From an uncultured Rhabdochlamydiaceae bacterium (GTDB lineage: Bacteria > Chlamydiota > Chlamydiia > Chlamydiales > Rhabdochlamydiaceae), in contig CAVQHD010000001.1 in the NCBI GenBank assembly GCA_963712275.1, positions 832,001 through 896,000 on the forward strand: DNA of 64,000 nt, written 5' to 3'. Below, one piece after another: positions 29,686 through 38,033 of this stretch. Position numbers and translations under genes: made by a program. The notes beneath the pieces were generated by a model that was given only the letters and a program-made list of their open reading frames with translations, searched no databases and was not told where the DNA came from. Each line of letters begins with the position of its first letter. The stretch's first letter is position 1.

Positions 29686-31050
29686 TCAAGTGTCGCAAAG
29701 AGATTTAAACAATAGAAGACGATGAAGAAGGAGCGCTTCGGGATGATGTTCAGGCTCTCTTTTTAAGACGTGTTCCCAATGGGTCCAGACAGGGTTAAAA
29801 ATTTTTTGAGTTGCCAGCTGTTCATCGAAATCGTGGAGAAGAAGAGCAGAGGTTCCATCCTCAAGAGGAGACTTGGGAAAAATTGTTTCGAAATGGATCA
29901 GAAATTGTTCGATGAGATGGCGGCAGTTGCTGAGGCTTTCAGTGAGCTCATGCCAGATCCAGCGGCCCTCGGTTGGTTTGCATGAGGCAAACAGCTGTGT
30001 GGTAAAAGAGGAGACGCCTTCAGGTCCTGCGTAGGAGTTAAGGTGGGCGGAGGGGATGGCTGGCATGAGGGGGTTGGCTTTGGAAACCACGCCCCATGTC
30101 TGCTCCGGATGATGGAGGGCCCAGTTGTTTAACCATTCTGCGGCCAGTAGCCAATCGGGCCTTGTGTGCCTTCCATCTTCAAGGGGGATTGAAGGGCCTT
30201 GCTTTGGAAGATCAACTCCTTTTGCATACGCCTCTTTTCCGGAGGTGGCAAAGTCAACGCCGGCCAAGTAAACAGCAGGGGAGCCGAGTGCTGTTGCAAG
30301 GGCAGCTCCGCACGTGGCTGCTGTCCACCCTCCATCAAAAGAGGTGAAAATACCTAGTTTTTCTTCAATCCATTGCTGCACAGGAAAATCCCCCGTTCCT
30401 GGAATTAAAAACCGAACCCCTTCCATTTGCTTTGCAACTTCGTGGCTTGTTCTGAGTTGATAGAAGAGGGGGATGGTTGTTCTAGTAAACTGATGGATAG
30501 GGTCGGGATCGACCTGCAGGGTTAAATGAGGCTCGATTCCTACAGCTAAAAGCGCTTTGAGGCCTGCCCCGCATGCGATGATTAGAAATCGGTCTCGGTG
30601 TTCTTTTAAAAAGGGAATAGCTTCCTTCAGGGAAGGACCTGCGCCGCAAACGACTGCAGGGAACCGACCAAATTGCCCAAAGCAATCGACGGCTAAACAT
30701 GTTGGAGATTGCAGATGGGCGCGGTAATTGGTCAAAAGGGCTTTTCCATGATCAATAAAATCGGAGGCTCTCAAATGAACTTCTGTTTGAATGCGGGCAA
30801 GACGTTTAAGGAGCGGGTGAGCCGGCTCTTCGTACGAAAAAGGGAGGTAGAGAAGCTCGGCCGCTACTTGATAAAAGGAGCCTTCATTCTTAGCAGAAAT
30901 AGGATGGATACGGGGGTGATTCAATTGAAGCAAGAGAGAGTCGTCTTCGACAATCCAAACGACATACCGATCAGGTTTTGCAGAAACCCACTGCGACAGT
31001 TGCTGCTGTTTTTGAGGGTTCCATGAGGTGGCACAAAAGACCTCACCCAT
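29686..31050 (-). CDS. MptE-like / motility-associated-factor (MAF_flag10, DUF115) family protein
   Basis: PAVVCGAGPSL, IIACG, GIEPH...VDP, ALG...VYLAGVDFA; start at ATG 31050, coupled to the upstream stop. Confidence 0.8.
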   Translation of the reverse strand: MGEVFCATSWNPQKQQQLSQWVSAKPDRYVVWIVEDDSLLLQLNHPRIHPISAKNEGSFYQVAAELLYLPFSYEEPAHPLLKRLARIQTEVHLRASDFIDHGKALLTNYRAHLQSPTCLAVDCFGQFGRFPAVVCGAGPSLKEAIPFLKEHRDRFLIIACGAGLKALLAVGIEPHLTLQVDPDPIHQFTRTTIPLFYQLRTSHEVAKQMEGVRFLIPGTGDFPVQQWIEEKLGIFTSFDGGWTAATCGAALATALGSPAVYLAGVDFATSGKEAYAKGVDLPKQGPSIPLEDGRHTRPDWLLAAEWLNNWALHHPEQTWGVVSKANPLMPAIPSAHLNSYAGPEGVSSFTTQLFASCKPTEGRWIWHELTESLSNCRHLIEQFLIHFETIFPKSPLEDGTSALLLHDFDEQLATQKIFNPVWTHWEHVLKREPEHHPEALLLHRLLLFKSLCDT

Positions 31051-31477
31051 GCAGATGCCGGGTGAGCTCTGGGAAGGAGGGGAGGCTTGGAATCTCGCAC
31101 AGATGGCAGGAGAGCGCATACCGAAACCGAATTTGAGAGGCACTTGCGATGGCCACATAGGGAGCTTTCACATAATGGTTGTAAGCAAGGGCTTGATCGA
31201 GGGTCTCTTGTGTTAAAGTCTCTTTACATTCCATAAGCAGCAGGGGTTTAAGAGTGTCTGCACATTTCATAAAGCAGAGTAAATCGATGCGTCTTTCAGG
31301 TAAAGGGTTTGGATCTCTTGCTAAGTGGGGAAGCGTCTTCAGCTGCTTTTCAACGGCTAGAAGCTCTTTTGGAAATTTCAATGTTTCGACCATTCGTTGG
31401 ACCCAAGTCTGACGCACAATCTCCTCCGGCGTTGCAGCAACCCATACCTGCCGAATGATATCAAAAACTTTTTTCAT
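31043..31477 (-). CDS. Stand-alone type I restriction enzyme HsdR N-terminal domain protein
   Basis: FDIIRQ.WV..TPEEIVRQ, LAVEK, RRIDL, LLMECK, QALAYN. Confidence 0.85.
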   Translation of the reverse strand: MKKVFDIIRQVWVAATPEEIVRQTWVQRMVETLKFPKELLAVEKQLKTLPHLARDPNPLPERRIDLLCFMKCADTLKPLLLMECKETLTQETLDQALAYNHYVKAPYVAIASASQIRFRYALSCHLCEIPSLPSFPELTRHLHG

Positions 31478-32109
31478 TCGGGAAATATAAGCCCGTAGTG
31501 GCCATCTTTTCGGCGGTAGATCACCTTGAATTTATTGTCTTCAAGCCCCTTAAAGAGCATAAAGTGATCATCGGAAAGCTCCATCTTCATGATGGCTTCT
31601 TCGGTTGTTAGAGTTTTTAGAGGACGTGTATCTGATCCAATAATTTGAGGAGGGCGGTACTCTTCGATTTGCTGGGTTAGGTTCTCAGATTCAATAGCTG
31701 CATTAATCATCTCAAGATCATCGAAAGGGCGTTGCAGCACATTGATTTGCATATCAACGGCCGACCGTCCTTTTTTATGATGATCTTGAATGCGACTTTT
31801 CCAGCGGCGGATTTTCGCTCGAAGTTTCTCAACGGCTTTGTCGATGGAAGCGTACATATCGGTGCTGCTGGCTGATACTTTAACTCTGAAATGATCCAAT
31901 TGAAGCAGAATGACAACAGACTGCTCCATTTTTTGAATGTCCATGGTGACATGAAGATCCATCACATGGTTATGAAAGCGGTCGATTTTGGAGAGCTTGT
32001 CGTAGGCATAATTTTTCATGGCATCTGTAACATAGACATTTCGTCCTAAGATGTTGATCCGGATGCCCATGGCCTCTTCTTGCTCGGTAAATTTTGCCTT
32101 ATCGACCAT
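31474..32109 (-). CDS. hpf: Ribosome hibernation promoting factor (long HPF/RaiA)
   Basis: INILGRN..VTDAMKNY, DMYASID.AV.KL, C-terminal EEAI.KMEL...F...VIYRRKDG.YGLI. Confidence 0.92.
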   Translation of the reverse strand: MVDKAKFTEQEEAMGIRINILGRNVYVTDAMKNYAYDKLSKIDRFHNHVMDLHVTMDIQKMEQSVVILLQLDHFRVKVSASSTDMYASIDKAVEKLRAKIRRWKSRIQDHHKKGRSAVDMQINVLQRPFDDLEMINAAIESENLTQQIEEYRPPQIIGSDTRPLKTLTTEEAIMKMELSDDHFMLFKGLEDNKFKVIYRRKDGHYGLIFPE

Positions 32110-32243
32110 ACTTATAGCTCCTTTTTGGGATCACATTATACGGTTAGAATCATTTTTGGCTTCGTCTTTCTCGATTCTCTACAGAGCATTGGGAATTGGA
32201 ACAGATTTTTGAAACTTTTGTCGATTCGTGCTTATTTCCATTT

Positions 32244-32308
32244 CTTCACCACCGAGGCACGGAGAGGGATGAGATTGCACAGAGAAAAAAAATCCTCTCA
32301 GTGGTGAA
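32244..32308. repeat. Degenerate, internally deleted copy of the 43751-43845 palindrome
   Basis: CTTCACCACCGAGGCACGGAGAGGGATGAGATTGCACAGAG...CTCAGTGGTGAA. Confidence 0.8.
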
Positions 32309-32320
32309 AAATAGAAAGTT

Positions 32321-32394
32321 CGCACCGAACAGGACTTGAACCTGTAACCACCCGGTTCGAAGCCGGGTACTCTATCCGATTGAGCTATCGGTGC
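32321..32394 (-). tRNA. tRNA-Arg (anticodon TCG)
   Basis: GCACCGA acceptor stem, D arm, CCCGG-CTTCGAA-CCGGG anticodon arm, GGTTCAAGTCC T arm; CCA not encoded. Confidence 0.95.
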
Positions 32395-32478
32395 AAAGAA
32401 CGATAAAGATATCATAGCAGTGTCTAAAATGCCAAGTCTCTTGACAAGGCCTCCAGAAGGTGCCACTCTTGGTTTGTT

Positions 32479-33078
32479 ATGAGCGATATTAAGACAGAGG
32501 GGATTATCTTAAAAATAATCCCTTACAAAGATCATGATCGGGTTATTCAGATTCTCACACATGAGAGTGGAATGATCAGCTTACTGGCAAAAGGGGTTTT
32601 AAAACCAAAACTTCACGCGCTCCTTTCCCCCTTAACGCAGCTGGAGATCGTATATCGAAAGAAAGGATCAGATCTCTTCTTTTTTAAAGAAGGTTTCCTC
32701 ATTGAGAACTACCATTTTCTAAGAACTCGATGGGAGCTTCTTGAAGCGGCAGGTAAAATGGGAGGGGCTATTCTCCAAACGCAGCTTCCTGGAAAAGCAG
32801 CCGCTCGGCTCTATCAGCTGCTGACGGCCTCCCTCAAGCAGCTGCCACACTTTGAACACCCCGCGACGCTTGTTGTGCTCTTCTATCTCAAGCTTCTGAT
32901 GCATGAAGGGGTCATTGCGTGGGACGAGCAATCTTTATTCCCGATTCCTTGCCCTAATCATGCCTGGATAGTTCTCAAGAATTTAGCCCTGACCCGGTCG
33001 TTCCGTCCCTATTATCAACAGAAGGGTTATGAAGGTTTTGTTCCCCAGTTAGAGAAAGTGCTGAAAGTGGTTTTATGA
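32479..33078 (+). CDS. recO: DNA repair protein RecO
   Basis: KTEGIILK..PY.D.DR...ILT...G.ISLLAKG N-terminal OB fold; F.LKLL..EG. Confidence 0.9.
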   Translation: MSDIKTEGIILKIIPYKDHDRVIQILTHESGMISLLAKGVLKPKLHALLSPLTQLEIVYRKKGSDLFFFKEGFLIENYHFLRTRWELLEAAGKMGGAILQTQLPGKAAARLYQLLTASLKQLPHFEHPATLVVLFYLKLLMHEGVIAWDEQSLFPIPCPNHAWIVLKNLALTRSFRPYYQQKGYEGFVPQLEKVLKVVL

Positions 33079-33176
33079 AGGATTGGAAAATTTTTAGATC
33101 TATTTAAGACAGCTTCTTAGAAATAACTTTTCAGGAATAAGCATATAACCAATAATTGGTGGAAAATCGTGAAAAT

Positions 33177-33468
33177 ATGACAGAACAAAAATCTATCATA
33201 AATCCATTGGACATTCTAACTCATCTGGGCTCATCTGGGTTGGAGTGAAAATGATGATTTAGAGTTCAAGTCTGCCAAAGGCGGCCTACCAAAAAGCTTA
33301 TGGGAAACCTATAGTGCTATGGCAAATACGAGAGGGGGTGTTATCTTGCTCGGGGTCGACAATGCTGGGACGGTTACCGGTCTTACAGATACGCAAAAGA
33401 TAAAGAAAAATTTTTGGGATACAATAAACAATAAAACTTATGAAACCATCGATTCAACGTATTGCTGA
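33177..33468 (+). pseudogene. Frameshifted and truncated AlbA_2 (Schlafen-like) domain gene
   Basis: Removing the 10-bp duplication CTCATCTGGG (33220-33239) restores ...[40 protein letters not shown]...; frame stops at 33468. Confidence 0.85.
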
Positions 33469-34162
33469 GCTAAATAAGGGTCTCTTAGAGGCGAGAACTC
33501 TGATGGATAGCCTCGCAATTGATATGAACGCCCTCGTTGCAGCCACGTTTCCTGAAATTCAACTACCGAAATTTGTTGGCAAGGTCGGCATTACTAAGAA
33601 AATGCAGCAGGCAGCTCAAGCTTTTTACGAACAAAAAGGGTTTGATAGTTTTCATGAGTTGAAGGCACATCGTTCAGATACTCTACGCGGTCTTGCATGT
33701 TATGTTTTAAGCTATCACTCGTTATCCTCATGGGAGGAAAAATTTGAACTTATTCTTCCGCTTGCAGACGACCTCCATTCCGGTGTGCGTGAGTGGGCAT
33801 GGCTTGCCTTAAGGCCTATCTGCATTGCGCACCCCTTTCAAGCAATTGAAAAGCTTGCCCCTCTGGTCAAACATCCTTCGGAAAGAATAAGACGGTTTGT
33901 ATCGGAAATCACAAGGCCAAGAGGCGTCTGGTGTTCTCATATTGCGGAGCTCCGGAAAGAACCTTGGAAGGCCTTGATACTCCTTGAACCCATGAACAAT
34001 GATCCAGCAAAGTATGTCCAGCTTTCCGTGGCAAATTGGCTCAATGATGCAGGAAAAGATCACCCTGAGTGGGTGGTCGAGCTCTGTCGTCGATGGAAAA
34101 AAGAATCTCCAACCGATTCGACAGGAAAAATCTGTAAGCGCGCACTTCGCAATCTTAATTAA
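33440..34162 (+). CDS. HEAT-repeat DNA alkylation repair protein (AlkC/AlkD-like)
   Basis: GVREWAW.ALRP, RRFVSE.TRPRGVW, D...[12 protein letters not shown]. Confidence 0.85.
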   Translation: MKPSIQRIAELNKGLLEARTLMDSLAIDMNALVAATFPEIQLPKFVGKVGITKKMQQAAQAFYEQKGFDSFHELKAHRSDTLRGLACYVLSYHSLSSWEEKFELILPLADDLHSGVREWAWLALRPICIAHPFQAIEKLAPLVKHPSERIRRFVSEITRPRGVWCSHIAELRKEPWKALILLEPMNNDPAKYVQLSVANWLNDAGKDHPEWVVELCRRWKKESPTDSTGKICKRALRNLN

Positions 34163-35195
34163 GTTTAGATGTCATATCGACGGGCTGCACAGGAGTCTGC
34201 ATAGGGAAAGAGCCTGGGCGCCGGCCGGCTGAAAAGTCGAGCTTTTTGAGATCGATAAAGCGGAGCGTTAAATCTTCATAAGTGCGGTAGTAGAGGATCT
34301 TATTTTTCAGATCTTTGATGACAACCCATTGCGTGAGCTCAAAGCTGCTAGATGTAGAGCTTCCGCGAACGGTCCCAAACGGAATGTCGACGGTATTGAG
34401 CAAGTGTTCCACGAGGTTAATGCCAGCAGGTGCAGTCATTGGAGAGACAGCAAACGCTTTAAATAGCGAGGCTCTGACAAAGCGGGAAGGAGGCGTCCAA
34501 TCTCCAGGAATTCCAAGAAGCCCCGTCCCTTGCCCTGTGGGCTGAAGCACAGATCCATTCAGGTTGACAGGGCCTGCATTGATCGCAGACAGGTTGATGT
34601 AGTTCCGAAGATTGGTCAGATGCCACTCAATTTTAGGAGCGTTGGTGAGCACCCCATTCGGGTTGTCGTGAACCTCCATCTTTCCATCGATAAATTCGAC
34701 CACTAAGTGGTTTCCTTTCGCATCATGAACCGCAAAATGAATAGGAGGAATCTCAATCGGTTCAATGGCCTCCGCCCAAATGACAACTTTTAAAAGCCCT
34801 TCTTTGACCTCTCCGACTGTTGCAAAATTCCCAAGAAGCCACGGCCCTACATCTTGCAGAACAAGCGCGCTGGAGTTCTTAGGATCTTGTGGATATTGAG
34901 CCCCAGGAAACCAGAGAGCTCCAAAAGAGAGCCCTTGTTCATTCATTCCATCGGTTGTCAGCCCTTGATCAAGGCAGTCAATGCTGACATAGCCGTATTT
35001 CGACGTCCAGGAAAGTTGACCTTTAGATGAGTGAACCATCCCTCGTGGATTCAAGGAAATTCTTGACTTCATCGGAAGGGCAAACTCCATCGAGCGGCCA
35101 TTGATAAGAGCCCCGTCCTGGGTTGTGATGACAAGGTCGGTACAGCCCCAGAGGCGAACAGCGAGCAGAAGAGAGATAAATGTTAAAAATTTCAT
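34155..35195 (-). CDS. Secreted linear amide C-N hydrolase (choloylglycine hydrolase / penicillin V acylase family)
   Basis: Signal peptide followed by the Ntn nucleophile CT; GRSMEF, DGMNEQGL, VLTNAP, GIPGD.TPPSRF. Confidence 0.92.
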   Translation of the reverse strand: MKFLTFISLLLAVRLWGCTDLVITTQDGALINGRSMEFALPMKSRISLNPRGMVHSSKGQLSWTSKYGYVSIDCLDQGLTTDGMNEQGLSFGALWFPGAQYPQDPKNSSALVLQDVGPWLLGNFATVGEVKEGLLKVVIWAEAIEPIEIPPIHFAVHDAKGNHLVVEFIDGKMEVHDNPNGVLTNAPKIEWHLTNLRNYINLSAINAGPVNLNGSVLQPTGQGTGLLGIPGDWTPPSRFVRASLFKAFAVSPMTAPAGINLVEHLLNTVDIPFGTVRGSSTSSSFELTQWVVIKDLKNKILYYRTYEDLTLRFIDLKKLDFSAGRRPGSFPMQTPVQPVDMTSKLN

Positions 35196-35266
35196 ATGAT
35201 TTTTCCATAACAGAGCTGGCATTTATTTAGAATCTTCAGTAGAATGAAAGGGTCAATTTTTCAATA

Positions 35267-35830
35267 ATGGAGGAAGTAAAAATGATTTCAGCTGAACTAG
35301 CATCCAAAATGGTGCCAACCGATTCGCAAGCTGCTGCAGTCCTCATAGGAGTAGGTGGTTCCATCACAGCTCTTTCTGCTTTAACTTACATTTTAGAATC
35401 AAAAGAAGACAGAAAGAAAATAATAGTCGAAAGGTATGTTTGGGGAGAATTTGCTCAAAATATGTCGCTCATTCCCTTTATTGCCCTACCGATCTTTAGA
35501 AACCTCTGGAAAGTAGAAGCTCCTCTACCTCTTAAGTTCGTTTCTTTTCTTGCTTATGGAGCGTTAGGGTCCGTTCTCTTTCATGCTGGTTACAAAGCCT
35601 CATCTGTGCATAGAGAATTGCTCAATAAAAATGAAGAGAGTTCTCGTAAAGCCGAAGTTTCTCCCGAAGGTTCTTTGGTCAACCTCGCTTTCAAAATCCT
35701 GAATACTGCAATCATGATGAAAATGTTTTATGAAAAACCAGCCGACAGGATGCTCACCACTTCCATTTTAGTAATTTCTATGGCATCTTGTGGGATCAAT
35801 TGGGGCCTCTTCCGACGATCACTAGGATAG
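35267..35830 (+). CDS. Hypothetical membrane protein
   Basis: ORF with about 4-5 hydrophobic segments; GGAGG precedes the alternative ATG 35282. Confidence 0.7.
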   Translation: MEEVKMISAELASKMVPTDSQAAAVLIGVGGSITALSALTYILESKEDRKKIIVERYVWGEFAQNMSLIPFIALPIFRNLWKVEAPLPLKFVSFLAYGALGSVLFHAGYKASSVHRELLNKNEESSRKAEVSPEGSLVNLAFKILNTAIMMKMFYEKPADRMLTTSILVISMASCGINWGLFRRSLG

Positions 35831-35921
35831 ACCCATACAAATAAAAGGAGGTAAGTCCTGCAAAGCATTTTTTAATTTGCAAATGCTAGCATTTATTCGA
35901 AATTTCTTATAAAATCTGTGC

Positions 35922-36857
35922 ATGAAAATTGCGATTGTACGTCGGAACGGGCTGGGCGATTTGCTAACGGCGATGCCGCTCGTGCTCCTGTGCAAGGAGC
36001 GGTTTGCCGGCTGTCATATCACCTTGATTGTCGATCACCGCAATGCACCCCTTCTTCCGTATCTGGAAGGAGTTGATGAAACAGTCATTATTGCCCCCTC
36101 GAAAAACAAATACCTTTCTCTTCTTAAAACTGTATGGGCTTGCAGGCACCGCTCTTTTGACTTAGTTGTCTCTGCAAGGCCCAAGCCAATGCAATGGGTC
36201 AACCTCTTTTTGCGATGTCTTAAAACGGATAGGCGCCGCGCTGTTGTAGATAGCAGCTGGCATTCAAGGTGGATCAATGAGCCTCAGCTTTATGAGCCTG
36301 ACATCTGCCGGCATCAAATGGTGAAAAGCTTAAGGCTTCTCGATCCTTTGCTTGAAGAAGTGCCGTCCCATCTCCTTCCCGTGATCCGCGCCAAGCCCAG
36401 TAGGCAGTTCGACCAGCCAGCCTTGCTTGTGTCTGTGAGTAACTACCGGATTGGAAGTCAGCTCGACTCTGACAAAATCGTCTCTCATTTGAATCGAGCC
36501 TTCGAGAAGCACGATTTTCAGGTAATTATCAATTGCATCCCTAAGGATCTTGCAAGAGCGCGTCTGATCAGCGCAGGCCTCCAGATGAAGCACGAAGTGA
36601 TTGCAACGCCAAGCTTTGATGAGTTTATGTCCCTTTTAGCCTCTGCTCACGGGTGTTGGACAGGGGATGGGGGAGTGATGCACCTCGCAGCAGCGCTTGG
36701 TAAACCTCAACTCATCCTCTTTGGAAAAACAGAACTTGAGCAGTGGGCGCCTCTCTCAAACAAAGCGATTTGTCTTTGGCACCCTGAAAATGTTAACTTT
36801 ATCCCTGAAAACGATGTGCAGCAAAAATTAGAGGAGCTCCTCCATGAGCTACGGTAA
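35922..36857 (+). CDS. Glycosyltransferase family 9 (heptosyltransferase-like)
   Basis: IVRRNGLGDLL, DGGVMHLAAALGKP...LFG...W.P. Confidence 0.9.
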   Translation: MKIAIVRRNGLGDLLTAMPLVLLCKERFAGCHITLIVDHRNAPLLPYLEGVDETVIIAPSKNKYLSLLKTVWACRHRSFDLVVSARPKPMQWVNLFLRCLKTDRRRAVVDSSWHSRWINEPQLYEPDICRHQMVKSLRLLDPLLEEVPSHLLPVIRAKPSRQFDQPALLVSVSNYRIGSQLDSDKIVSHLNRAFEKHDFQVIINCIPKDLARARLISAGLQMKHEVIATPSFDEFMSLLASAHGCWTGDGGVMHLAAALGKPQLILFGKTELEQWAPLSNKAICLWHPENVNFIPENDVQQKLEELLHELR

Positions 36858-38022
36858 CTATCCCAAGCTTGAACAGGTGAGAAGGGTTTTAGTCATCAAA
36901 CTGAGGCATCACGGAGATGTGCTTCTTACCTCTCCCGTCTTTTCTTACTTAAAAGTAGAGCTTCCTGAAGCAGAGATCGATGCGCTCATTTATCAAGAAA
37001 CAGCTCCGATGTTAGAAGGGCATCCTGCCATTCGGAAGCTTCATCTCTATGATAGGCAGTGGAAAAAAAGATCTTTTTGGAGCAGGTGGAAACAAGAGCT
37101 TCAGCTCCTTAGGCAGATTCGAAAGGCGCGCTATGACCTCGTGGTCAACCTCACCGAAGGAGACAGAGGGGCAATTGTTGCTGCCGTTTCAGGAGCGTCG
37201 ATTCGAGTGGGGTTAGATCCTGAGAAAAAAGGTTTTTTTGGCAAAGCGACCCTTTTTTCCCACCTAGTGAAATCGTGTCCAACGCCTCGGCATACCGTCG
37301 AGAAAAATCTCGACGCGCTGCGCCGCATCGGTCTTTTCCCACCTCCTGAGGAGCGAGAACTCTTCTTTCATGTTCCTTCAGATGCTAGGCAAAAAGTTTT
37401 AGACCGGCTTCAGGCTGCAAATATCCAGCCTAAGCAATTTATCGTCATTCACCCAGTCTCTCGTTGGAAATTCAAGTGCTGGCCGGCGGCTCAAGTGGCC
37501 CAGTTTATCAAAGAGCTTCATAATGACGGACATCGCATCGTTCTCACCGCGAGCTCCGATCGTGACGAGCTCCAGATGATTCAAGAAATTATTTCCTTCT
37601 GTTCCCACATCCCGATAGTCAATTTGGCCGGCCAGATCAGTTTGAAAGAGCTCGGTGCTGTCATCGCAGAAGCAAAGGCGCTCATTTGTGTCGATTCTGT
37701 CCCGCTTCATTTGGCAAGCGCTCTTAAAACTCCTGTTGTAGCTCTTTTTGGACCTACCTCTGAGCTCAATTGGGGGCCATGGAGGCATCCCTTCGCCCGC
37801 GTCGTCACCCAGCCGCTCTCCTGCCGCCCCTGTGGAAGAGATGGATGCGGGGGCAGCAAGCGGAGCGACTGTTTAGTCACCCTTCCCGTCCAGAAGGTCA
37901 AGCAAGCATTTGAGGAGCTTGAACAAATAACGACAAGTTATTTTTTAAAATCTGTCCATTTAACGAACGCAAAAAATGGATTTGATCTGTATAATGGATG
38001 TCAAATTAACTTTAACAAGTAG
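36844..38022 (+). CDS. rfaQ: LPS heptosyltransferase III-like (GT9)
   Basis: VLVIKLRHHGDVLLTSP, HPVSRW.FKCW, VDSVP.HLASALKTP.VALFGP..W.PW, C.PC...GC...C. Confidence 0.85.
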   Translation: MSYGNYPKLEQVRRVLVIKLRHHGDVLLTSPVFSYLKVELPEAEIDALIYQETAPMLEGHPAIRKLHLYDRQWKKRSFWSRWKQELQLLRQIRKARYDLVVNLTEGDRGAIVAAVSGASIRVGLDPEKKGFFGKATLFSHLVKSCPTPRHTVEKNLDALRRIGLFPPPEERELFFHVPSDARQKVLDRLQAANIQPKQFIVIHPVSRWKFKCWPAAQVAQFIKELHNDGHRIVLTASSDRDELQMIQEIISFCSHIPIVNLAGQISLKELGAVIAEAKALICVDSVPLHLASALKTPVVALFGPTSELNWGPWRHPFARVVTQPLSCRPCGRDGCGGSKRSDCLVTLPVQKVKQAFEELEQITTSYFLKSVHLTNAKNGFDLYNGCQINFNK

Positions 38023-38033
38023 AAGGACGATCA

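Noticed and set aside
31043..31477. Type I restriction-modification system
   Set aside because: Only an isolated HsdR N-terminal domain; no hsdM, hsdS or helicase
32080..32466. ORFs 32080-32307 and 32179-32466
   Set aside because: They overlap tRNA-Arg and the palindromic repeat; spurious
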